DNA of 64,000 nt from Octopus vulgaris (Eukaryota): positions 29,264,001-29,328,000 of the forward strand of contig OX597832.1 of NCBI GenBank assembly GCA_951406725.2, given 5' to 3'. Positions 52,874 through 64,000 of the stretch are shown here, piece by piece. Under the pieces are notes generated by a model. The model had not been told where the DNA came from. It searched no databases and saw only the letters and a list, made by a program, of their open reading frames with translations. Both the position numbers and the translations under genes were made by a program. How positions within the stretch are numbered: position 1 is the stretch's first letter; every line of letters begins with the position of its first letter.

Positions 52874-53037
52874 AGGCGCAGGAGTGGCTGTGTGGTAAGT
52901 AGCTTGTTTACCAACCACATGGTTCCGGGTTCAGTCCCACTGTGTGACACCTTGGGCAAGTGTCTTCTGCTATAGCCTCGCGCCGACCAAAGCCTTGTGA
53001 GTGGATTTGGTAGATGGAAACTGAAAGAAGCCCATCG

Positions 53038-53068
<31 letters not shown>

Positions 53069-53275
53069 GTGTGTGTATGTGTCTGTGTTTGTCCCCCTAG
53101 CATTGCTTGACAACCGATGCTGGTGTTTACGTCCCCGTCACTTAGCAGTTCGGCAAAAGAGACCGATAGAAGAAGTACTGGGATTACAAAAGAATAAGTC
53201 CCGGGGTCGATTTGCTCAACTAAAGGCGGTGCTCCAGCATGGCTGCAGTCAAATGACTGAAACAAGTAAAAAGAG
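52874..53275 (+). mobile_element. tRNA-headed CORE-like SINE family B with an internal (TA)/(TG) tract
   Basis: A box TGGCTGTGTGG, B box GGTTCAGTCCC, CACCTTGGGCAAGTG core. Related copies ~1930-2510, 15365-16160, 25275-25585, 32155-32606, 46310-46870, 47310-47705, 47725-48127, 62357-62520. Confidence 0.85.
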
Positions 53276-53390
53276 TAAAAAAAGAAAGAAAACAAAGAGT
53301 GCTGTTTTGACTTCACAGATTTTCACCTGTGATGGTTGGTTTGCATCCGTGTGTGTGAGTGCGAGTGTGTGTGTGTGTGTAAGTACTTAC

Positions 53391-53500
53391 ATCAGTGTAG
53401 TGAACATCCTGCATTCCGGAATCATCTTTTATAGAGGATTCCTCAATCTGTATGTTGGGGGAGATCATGTGAAACGCAGCACAGCCTTGTGGGTAGGTTC
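53391..53500 (-). CDS. DOCK9: DOCK-D exon: (G)TYPQGCAAFHMISPNIQIEESSIKDDSGMQDVHYTD
   Basis: caacag| ... |gtaagt; 110 nt, phase 1->0; QGC.AF..I.PNI.EE....D.GMQDVH as in DOCK9/11. Confidence 0.93.
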
Positions 53501-53736
53501 CTGTTGGCAAACACAGAATTACAAGTGAGAATATTTCATGGTAAGAACGTCAAAACGAACAGTTTTGCATCAGTCTCAAAGACCACTCAGACATGATAAA
53601 ACAGTCGTGAATGTTGGTAAGTAATATGGTTAACATATATGATTATTATGGTTTTGCTTAGTGATACTAATAAACTGTTGTTAGAACTCAACATCAATAT
53701 GCTTTAGAGTAAAGCATTAGGAGAGTAGAGAGTGTA

Positions 53737-53933
53737 ATATCAATTAATGAATGACAAAAGAACAGAAGTTACATAATCACCTTCATCGGCTTACAGCTGT
53801 TTCTGCTAATAAAAAAAAAACAGTGCACTAAGAGCTGGTTGTTTGTGCAGCATTCGATAGCTTCCTCAGAGCCATTAAGCTGATGAAAGTGATTATGTAA
53901 ACTCCTGTTGTTTTGTCAGTCATTAATTGATAT
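53737..53933. mobile_element. Foldback element (arms ~53737-53792 / 53877-53933) enclosing the hammerhead; probably Penelope-derived
   Basis: atatcaattaatgaatgacaaaa...cttcatcggctt is the imperfect reverse complement of aagctgatgaa...ttttgtcagtcattaattgatat. Confidence 0.6.
53788..53873 (-). ncRNA. Minimal type I hammerhead ribozyme (Penelope-like element type)
   Basis: - strand GGCT CTGAGGA AGCTA-(loop with TGCAC/GTGCA stem)-TAGCA GAAAC AGCT GTA AGCC. Stem I GGCT/AGCC, CUGANGA and GAAA cores, palindromic AGCT helix III loop, GUA triplet. Confidence 0.65.
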
Positions 53934-54901
53934 CCATATATACATACACATGTGACTGGTCATCACTTGAGGGAGACCAAGGACACACTGGTCAACCATT
54001 TACAACAAACTAGGAACTGATCAAGTAACAACAGGGATCAGTATTGCTCAGGTTCTGTTGACCGGTTGGTTTAATAATGGTCACTTACTGACAATGACCT
54101 GATAGTGATTAATCATGGACGATAATCCTGATCTTGATCAGTTATTGATGACAGCTTGATATTGGTCAAGTCCCGAAAGGACAATGTGGCAGAGTCTGCC
54201 ATGCTAATGCCTCTACCAATGAGTTCCAGGACATGGTAGAAATTAATCAAATCAGTTAATTAATATAATTTGGTGTACAACAAATGTGGACCCCGGCCGA
54301 CCTCATACAAACACCCAGTGACCATGCCACTGGGTCAGGTTAGTTTATGGCTTAAGACTAAGGTTTCTACGGCTTGAGCAGAGACTGAAAAAAGGTTAGT
54401 AAAGTGGTCAGTGTAAAGTAGCTACTACTCTACGGTCATTTCAATTAATAATTGCGTTAATTAGTGAGACTTAGACAAGACAGACATAACGAGAAAATAT
54501 TTCCATTTCACAGTTTCTCAGAAAACACTTTCAAACAACAATTCAAGATTTGTTTCTATTGATTTTGTGGACCTGACTTACAGCTGGACACAACTCAAGT
54601 CTCCGGTGTCCACCACAGCTGGACATAACTGACATCTCTGGGGTCCAGTGAAGTAATTTCATTGAGAATCCGAACAACACCAGCAAGTTAGAATCATTAA
54701 GGGTGCAGCTAAGACGAAAATGTGCAGAACCAAATGTGCAGATCAAATGCAAGTGAGAAGAGAAACTGACCCTAAATCAGCACGAAAGAATAGGACGTCA
54801 TCGCATGGATACCTGGAGCAGCATCAAGGTGAAAGCTGATTATATACCTGGGTGGGCATGTCTGGATTGATTGTATTTCTTTTCTAACACCATTACCAAA
54901 A

Positions 54902-54951
<50 letters not shown>

Positions 54952-55147
54952 TATACAAAGCTAGCCCTTCCACCCCAATCACACCCATACAAATTCTTTG
55001 CAAATATTTCATGGCTTTCAAATAGAGTGCAATAGTCTGGGGTGCCCGAACCATTCTAGTGGTGACTGATGTATCACAATGGAAAAAATTCTTTAGTGTG
55101 TAAGATACTGAGTCAACATGGCACCATTGCAGACAGAAAGGTAAAGG

Positions 55148-55189
<42 letters not shown>

Positions 55190-55194
<5 letters not shown>

Positions 55195-55748
55195 GCCCTG
55201 ATGCAGTACCAGGCAGTGGCTCTCATGGCTTCTGATCTTAACTGATTGGAAGTGTTATCATGTACATTGTTTTGTCTTGGTATAAAAGATGGCCTACAGC
55301 AAATATTCTGCTCAATGCCACAGATTTGCTTGTCAGTTGTTTGACCTTAACCAGTTGAGCATGTCCCTTAGTGGCTGACGATATGGGCATCTCTGATCAC
55401 AAGCAGAAGTAGTGGGGGAGCATCATAGCTGTGTGTTGAGAGGGATTCTTTGGGGTTTGAATAATTCACCTCTGGAAACATGGGTGTTTCGTTCAACATC
55501 CTTAAACAACCCTTATTGAGGGACCATTTGAGCGGGATGGGCTACTCAACCTGAAGAAAATTCTAACTGGGCCCCACCTGCAAGGTCATGCGCTGTTAAT
55601 CTTGATATGAGATCACCATGTCGCGCACATATGGTTGTGATGTATGTGCCTGGTGTACCCTTATCAGACGGGTAGTCATGATGGGTATATTGGGCTTCGT
55701 ATATTTTACCCCAGTGTCACTTTGATGGCATGCACTGCTCTCTCACTC
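55190..55748. repeat. ~550-bp interspersed element flanked on both sides by (TAA)n; copy 2
   Basis: Same ends as copy 1 (aaatgccctgatgcagtacc ... gcactgctctctc). Confidence 0.8.
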
Positions 55749-56070
55749 AATAATAATAATATATAAAAAATAACAACAGAAGAGAAGATTCTGAAGACAG
55801 AACAAAGCAAAAGAGAGTTTCAGGATTTCTTAGTTCATTCCGTTGAGTGGAGAATAATGGAAAATATTAAATAAAAGCAAATAGATTAATCTTAATGAAG
55901 CGATAAGCTTAAGAATGAGAGGCTAAGAAAATTACATTAAATCTATGTGTACATGACATACACACACATGTGTGTGTGTGAATATACATATATATAATAA
56001 AACGAATGGCTTACACCTGGTAGCTTACCATATACATATGCATACATGTGTGAATATATATATATATATT

Positions 56071-56099
<29 letters not shown>

Positions 56100-56108
<9 letters not shown>

Positions 56109-56547
56109 TAATAAAGAGTTTTTGTGCAACAAGTTGCTTAAACCACATACCAAAAATATTAGAAATAGCAGTCAAAGGGTTACTATTACTATTACTACAA
56201 AAATAAGTCTCCACAAACAACAGCCCCTGTAACTCATATATGGTAAAAAAAAGGAAGGAAAACAACGAACCACACAGTCTACTGGATCAATTATGGATGA
56301 TCGTTTCTGGATTAGAATCGCAAAGTTCATTTCCTTATCAACATAAGGTAGTAATAGTAGTAATAGTAGCCCTTTGACTGCTATTTCTAATATTTTCGGT
56401 ATGTGGTTTAAGCAACATGTTGCACAAAAACCCTTTATTATAATTATATAAATCGGTACCGAATATGGTCCTTTCCATACCAAAATTACTACTAGGTGAA
56501 ATTTATTGATTTTATTAAATTAATTATATTTCACCCTTTATCTGTAT

Positions 56548-56550
<3 letters not shown>
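56100..56550. mobile_element. Foldback element (arms ~56100-56198 / 56348-56450) plus unique tail, in (TA)n, with a decayed hammerhead in the loop
   Basis: ~95-bp inverted arms read directly; loop has TTATG TTGATAA GGA...TCCA GAAAC GATC ATC CATAA on the - strand. Confidence 0.55.
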
Positions 56551-56613
<63 letters not shown>

Positions 56614-57264
56614 TATATATATCTATGTGTGAATATACATATATATATATCTTAAAATCATATTTTAAATCATATTAAACAGTAAAATAAAAACCAGTTT
56701 CAACAAGCAAAGCTCCTACCTGTGTGGGAACTTCTGCAATTATATATCAAACCTTTCTCATCAATTTTACATAAAATATCAACATTTGACCATTCAAATG
56801 TAAAAGAATGAGACAATCCAACCATGCCATACTTCGTGGAATGGTAATCAAGGACAAAACAGCTAAATTTTCCATTTTTTTAATCAAATTATGACATCAC
56901 TCAGAATTAAGGATATTTTTTTTTACAACAAGAACTAAAGCGTTTACTAACACTTGTGCGTAGAACAAATTGAATTAAACGAGAATTCTATGAGAAACTG
57001 TATAAGAATAAGATTAAAATAACAATCAAAATAAAAGGAGAGAAAGGCTGAGAAGGGCAAATCGAAACCAGAATGGTTTAGTAATGATGAGAGACAGTGC
57101 GTCTCTGAGAGCAGAATCTGAAGAAGATAAATTCCTTTATGATGGGGTAACATCTTAATAAAGGACCTGAAGCAGAAACAATTTAGGAGAGACAATAGAA
57201 AACAAAAAACAAACAAAAATAACAAAACAAAACAACAACAACAAATAAAATGACAACAGAGTTT

Positions 57265-58274
<1,010 letters not shown>

Positions 58275-58496
58275 TCTAGTAATCCATAAGTCAGACAAAG
58301 TATACCATTGTATATTTGTCAATAGAGAAAGTATATTAATCAAAGTATACAGAATTATAAACTCAGCCTCATATGAGATCAATGGGTGAGATCAGCTGAA
58401 AGGGATCTATAATACTGTATGCATTGTTATACTCAGGGGAGGGTCAGATTTTGCCAATTTAACACAACAGTATATGTTTGCGCTTTACTTCAGCTC

Positions 58497-58529
<33 letters not shown>

Positions 58530-58714
58530 TTTTCGTTTCTTAGTCAAATCTCTTTCAGCACACATCCTCTGTGACTCTATAGTCCAAAATGGACACGGCA
58601 AAACAAGAAGAGACACATGGAATAAAGAATCGCTGAAGAGGTCACAGGATGTGTGATGAAAGAGCTTTGACAAAGAAAGAAAAATAATAATAATAATAAT
58701 AAAGAACAAGACAC

Positions 58715-59040
58715 ACTCCAGTCGTGACTGACCATGGGATTGCACCTAGAAAGTTCCCCTTCGAGGCACAAGTCTGGGTAAGGTTGTTTATGGAAGACCA
58801 GCAGTTGCATGTGGATACCAGCCCCCATGGTCTCCACACCACTGATGTTATCCAAGGGAAAGGCAAAGGGGTCCGATACAGCTTGGCACCTGTGACGTTG
58901 CAACTCATTTCTACAGCTGAGTGAACTGGTACAACATGGAAATAAAGTGTCTTGCTCAAGAATATAACACACAGCCTGGTCTGGGAATCGAACTCACTAC
59001 CTTATGATTGTGAGTCCGACACTCTAACCACTGGGCCACA
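58715..59040 (-). mobile_element. tRNA-headed SINE family E; a truncated copy at ~10305-10550
   Basis: TGGCCCAGTGGTTAG A box, GAGTTCGATTCC B box, CTTGAGCAAGACACTTTATT body shared by both copies. Confidence 0.7.
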
Positions 59041-59188
59041 AACATATAGTGTGTGTGTGTTTAAATGGCAGAAATATGACCATCCCCAAGTACAATGATA
59101 TCTGTTTCAACACACGATTTCACATCAAGACTCTTGCAAAACAAATACAGAAACATATATATATATATATATATATATATAAGCAATA

Positions 59189-59460
59189 GCAGTGTGGAAG
59201 GTGTTTATAAGCCATTTAAGAAACACACAAAAACCGTTACATTCACTTCAACATTTAAATTTAATTTGCCAAAATATTTTCGCGCTTTGAGACTGTGATC
59301 TGTTCACTGACAAAATTCTCTGCTGCACAGAATTTTGCCAGTGAACAGGTCACGGTTTCAAAGCGACGAATATATTTTGGCAAATTAAATTTAAATGTTG
59401 AAGTGAATGTAACGGTTTTTGTGTGTTTCTTAAATGGCTTATAAACACCTTCCACGCTGC
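59189..59460. repeat. ~272-bp near-perfect palindrome (foldback), followed by a short unique tail and (TA)n
   Basis: gcagtgtggaaggtgtttataagcc... is mirrored by ...ggcttataaacaccttccacgctgc, with essentially no loop. Confidence 0.9.
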
Positions 59461-59524
59461 AATTGTTTTCGTTCCAGCACACGATCTCAGATCAGGTCAC
59501 TTGCTATGCAAGTACATCTCCGTA

Positions 59525-59555
<31 letters not shown>

Positions 59556-59930
59556 CATTTACTTTAACCTATGCCAACATGGATGTTAAATGGTGATGTA
59601 GGTATCTGTGAATGCCACAGGTGTATATAATGAGTTAATATACATACTAAACTACTCATCCAAACTTAAAACTATGACAAGATGAACAGAGAATAAACAA
59701 AAAAACAGAAAAAAAAACTGAAGCCAGGCAAACAATAAAAAAAAATAAAACACGTAAGAAATGTGTTAAAGTTGTCTTGTTGTGTGTTGCCGTAACGACT
59801 GTGTCATTGCATCATATATATATACATCATACACAGACGGACATGTATGTTGTCTGTCTGCGTATATACATACATGTATGTATAATGATTATTTCATGCA
59901 TGGAATAGAGACATGCTGTCACATACTTAC

Positions 59931-59945
59931 TCGACTTCATCTTCC
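59931..59945 (-). CDS. Candidate 15-nt symmetric (phase 1-1) microexon of the DOCK-D gene (GG AAG ATG AAG TCG A)
   Basis: - strand tgctttttgccttcctttttgggccgacag|GGAAGATGAAGTCGA|gtaagtatg; frame-preserving, no stop. No transcript evidence. Confidence 0.6.
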
Positions 59946-60759
59946 CTGTCGGCCCAAAAAGGAAGGCAAAAAGCACATCAATAAATCATGGAATCTCGTT
60001 AATGGAACAAACAATTGTTTAATTAACAATCATTACAGTTAATGACTGCGTTAATTATAATAGTGGGAATGGTGGTGGTTGGTGGTGTTTGTTTTAATTG
60101 TTTTGGTTCTGACTGTGAACGTAATAACATATAACAATGTAGATATATTGTATAATGTGTGTGTGTGTGTGTGTATAAAGAATTTGTTTTTTTATTACCC
60201 ACAAGGGGCTAAACACAGAGGGGACAAACAAGGACAGACAAATGGATTAAGTCGATTACATCGACCCCAGTGTGTAACTGGTACTTATTTAATCGACCCC
60301 GAAAGCATGAAAGGCAAAGTCGACCTCAGCGGAATTTGAACTCAGATCGTAACGGCAGATGAAATACGGCTACGCATTTCGCCCGGCGTGCTAACGGTTC
60401 TGCCGTGAACTTAAAGCTGTTCTTTGTATTGTGGCTTTACTAAGTTGGGTGTAGATTCTACAAGTAATGTTCATATATTAAGTGTGTATATATATATATA
60501 TATATGTATGTATAAAGTATCCTGGATACACTTCTGTGTATGTTTGTTTAAAACACTGAGGATGCACCGTGCTGAGAGAACAAGTGATAAATTTCCAAAT
60601 GTGACTGCAGAAATAGTACCATAATATTGATATATTCCATGGTGACCACAGCCACAGTTTATATCAACGTATGGAGATGCTGGTGGTTGTCTATAGCGAG
60701 AAGTTATATTAGTTCAAGCACCACCTTTCTCTGCCAAATACTGACAGTAGCATACTCAA

Positions 60760-60822
<63 letters not shown>

Positions 60823-61146
60823 CATATATACACATATATATATATGTAGTATGATTGAATGAGTAACCATCCTAAGTTTGAGAGTAGTTGACATGGTGAA
60901 GAGTTGCTGAAGTATCCAGATGGCCTGTAAAGACATGATGGTAACCATTCCAGATTTCTGCAATATAGTTGAGGTCCTGTATGCTGTCTTTGTTTAATTC
61001 ACAGAAAAATCATAGCACCGACTACCTGATGAGTTGTTTAGCTCTCTTGCTGATGGTGATGAAATATTTCCTTTCAATGAAGTAAAATTTGTATAGCCTT
61101 TGTTGATGTGCATCTATTTCACACACCTCTGTATATATGTATGTAC

Positions 61147-61194
<48 letters not shown>

Positions 61195-61200
<6 letters not shown>

Positions 61201-61489
61201 ATCATGTGACCGACCAGACCATCAGATGTTGCTACACATCGCTGGTCACAATGCGTTCGCATTGTTTTAGCCTTCGAACGATGCCACCCTGCTGGCTAAG
61301 CGAGCAGGCCAACTGAAGAAAGAGTGGTGAAAGAGAACAGCAGGGATCACCACCCCGCCCCTGCAGGAGCCTCGTGGAGCTTTTAGGTGTTTTCACTCAA
61401 TAAACACATACAACGCTCAGTCTGGGAATTGAAACCGCGATCCTACGACTGCGAGTCCGCTGCCCTAACCACTGGGCCATTGCGCCTCC
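61195..61489 (-). mobile_element. tRNA-headed SINE family D; a partial + copy at ~48675-48880
   Basis: GGAGGCGCAATGGCCCAGTGGTTAGGGCAGCGG head and GGTTTCAATTCCC B box; TA-flanked. Confidence 0.75.
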
Positions 61490-61769
61490 ATATATATATA
61501 TATAGATATACATACTCACTGCTGTAATACCAACAACTGATTTGTTAGTTTGCAGTGGTAAGTTCAATTCCTGTTGTGGGGATAAGAAAGAAATGGGACC
61601 TGTTTCTTCAGTGACACTGAATCACAGAGTTATATCCCTTGCTCAGTGGCACCTCTCCCCAACACCAGTTCCATCTGTTACACTGCCTATAGTAGCATGG
61701 TTTGAACTCATGCCTTCCAGGTCAATCGCTATAACTCAGCAGTCACTGTGCCAGAATTCCCCAAATACC

Positions 61770-62003
61770 TATTTCTTTACTACCCAAAAGGGGCTAAACA
61801 CAGATTGGACAAACAAGGACAGACAAACGGATTAAGTCGATTACATCGACCCCTAGTGCGTAACTGGTACTTATTTAATTGACCCCTAAAGTATGAAAGG
61901 CAAAGTCGACCTCGGCGGAATTTGAACTCAGAACGAAGCGGCAGGCGAAATACCGCTAAGCGTTTCGCCCGGCATGCTAACAGTTCTGCCAGCTCGCTAC
62001 CTT
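61770..62003 (-). mobile_element. SINE family A copy with 16-bp TSD
   Basis: GAATTCCCCAAATrCC at 61754-61769 and 62004-62019. Confidence 0.8.
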
Positions 62004-62570
62004 GAATTCCCCAAATGCCATTCCCACCCATGCTACAAGTGGAACCAAAATTAGTCAAAAACTAGAAGAAAAAATAAAAGAACACTAATCTTGCTTTGTC
62101 CATCTTTATCTTAGAATTCTGTTCGTTAAAGAAGTTCCACCAACATTTCCAAATTGTTATTGCATGTTACTAATAAGTTTGCAGACATTATTAATTACCA
62201 AATTACTAATTATTAGTTAACACTCAAACAAAAGATTATAGCCACACATTAATAGCAACGGAAGGAATCAGAATTCCAAAAGAAGCGTCAGATGATGGTG
62301 AGTTTCTGGTTTATCAAAGATTATCATTAATCTGTCAATCTCTCTATACATACATAGGTGCAGGGGTGGCTGTGTGGTAAGAAGCTTGCTTCCCAACCAT
62401 GTGGTTCCCGGTTCAGTCCCACTGCGTGGCACCTTGGGCAAGTGCCTTCTACTATAACCTCGGGCTGACCAAAGCCTCGTGAGTGGATTTGGTAAACGGA
62501 AACTGAAAGAAGCCCAACATGTGTGTGCGCGTGTGTGTGTATGTATGGTATATAATATATATATGTATGG

Positions 62571-62612
<42 letters not shown>

Positions 62613-63164
62613 GATTTTATATATATATATATAAAATGGATATATATATATATATATATAAAATGGATTTTATATATATATATATATAAAATGGATTTTG
62701 TCCAGGGTGCTAACAATTCTGCCAGCTCGCTACCTTAATAATAATAATAATAATAATAATGGCTTCTATACAAAAAAAAAGAAGATTTCTTTAATTATAA
62801 ACAAGTATTAAACTAATTAAATTAGTTTCTAAAATACACAGAAATTCTCAAATTTGTGTGAATCGGCTACAACTAGGAATCTATGATGATGATGATGATA
62901 ACAATATCTATTGCAGTACTGATAACAATAAGAGGCAACAGATTCTAGAAATGCCTTTTGCAAACAACTGCAGCCATTGTTTTCATTAGAAAAATTAATT
63001 TTGGTTAAAAATATGCAGAAAGTTATTGGTTCAGTTTTGGGGGCACAAGACAGGCCTTGGTACAAAGTTGTTAATTAATTATTAAAGAGTATAAAAGTAA
63101 TCAAACTTAGAAAGAACAAAAATCAACCGAAAATAAACAAAGAGGAAAATAAAACTTGACTTAC

Positions 63165-63222
63165 CCCTCCGTCTCAAATATTCTGAAACAAGTGCACTTA
63201 TATGAAGGTAGCAATGCGCAGC
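63165..63222 (-). CDS. DOCK9: DOCK-D (DOCK9/10/11, zizimin) DHR2 exon: AAHCYLHISALVSEYLRRR
   Basis: ttcccag| ... |gtaagt on - strand; 58 nt, phase 0->1; matches DOCK9-type AAMCYVHVTALVAEYL. Confidence 0.92.
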
Positions 63223-63268
63223 CTGGGAAACAAGGGAGAAACAACAACAACAATAATTAATAATGATG

Positions 63269-63300
<32 letters not shown>

Positions 63301-63333
63301 TAATAACAATTCTTTTATTGGCCACAAGGGCTC

Positions 63334-63371
<38 letters not shown>

Positions 63372-64000
63372 TGTAGAGAACAACAACAACAACAACAAAC
63401 TGTGGCACAAGGCCAGCAGTTTTGAGGAAGGTGGGTAAGCTGATTATGTCGACCCCCCAGTGGTCAACTGGTACTTAAGCTAGAACAAACTGAGAACAAT
63501 ATTTTTATTGACACATTATCTAAACTGCCAGCTTGCCAATCTGAAATGGTGGTTTCTGATTTAAGCAGGAGGGCCAGCAAATATGATGACAGGCAAAGTT
63601 GGTTTTGGCAGGATTTGAACTCAGGACATAAATAACCAGAACAAATACGACAAGGGGCTAAACACAGAGGGGACAAACAAGGACAGACAAAAGGATTAAG
63701 TCGATTACATCGACCCCAGTGCGTAACTGGTACTTAATTTATCAACCTCGAAAGGATGAAAGGCAAAGTCGACCTCAGTGGAATTTGAACTCAGAACGTA
63801 GCAGCAGATGAAATACCGCTCAGCATTTCGCCCGGCGTGCTAACGTTTCTGCCAGCTCGCCATCTTATCCAGAAGAAATACCTTAACAAGAAGAACAACG
63901 TAGAGATGGTTTCTCTCCTCTCAGACAATAAACACAGAACTATATTCCGATATTAATTTACCATTGTCTTAGTTAAAGACTAAAGCAGAATCAGAAATGG

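Noticed and set aside
56720-56733. 14-nt cag|...|gt segments here and at 54848-54861
   Set aside because: Not frame-preserving and no pyrimidine tract.
59332-59385. Hammerhead-like topology inside the large palindrome
   Set aside because: Stems can be drawn, but the CUGANGA core is absent.

Overview
Eukaryotic, AT-rich, microsatellite- and SINE-dense genomic DNA. The repeat families strongly suggest an octopus or related coleoid cephalopod (inference). Two intron-rich genes lie tail-to-tail. On the + strand are the last five coding exons of a glypican of the GPC1/2/4/6 (dally-like) class (7866-18899). On the - strand is the DHR2 (Cdc42-GEF) C-terminal part of a DOCK-D/zizimin (DOCK9/10/11-like) gene: nine well-supported phase-consistent exons from 63222 to 45334, plus a likely terminal exon at 35385-35284. 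Almost all ORF-track entries are microsatellite or SINE artefacts. Highlights: (1) a minimal Penelope-type hammerhead ribozyme, sense to the DOCK pre-mRNA and inside a foldback element, plus decayed relatives; (2) a 15-nt in-frame microexon with UGC and GCAUG motifs; (3) apparently duplicated alternative C-terminal exons and 8-nt frame-switching microexon candidates; (4) a minisatellite built from copies of a real 5' splice site; (5) glypican-DOCK-D adjacency mirroring vertebrate paralogons. All gene models were read by eye, without transcript data.
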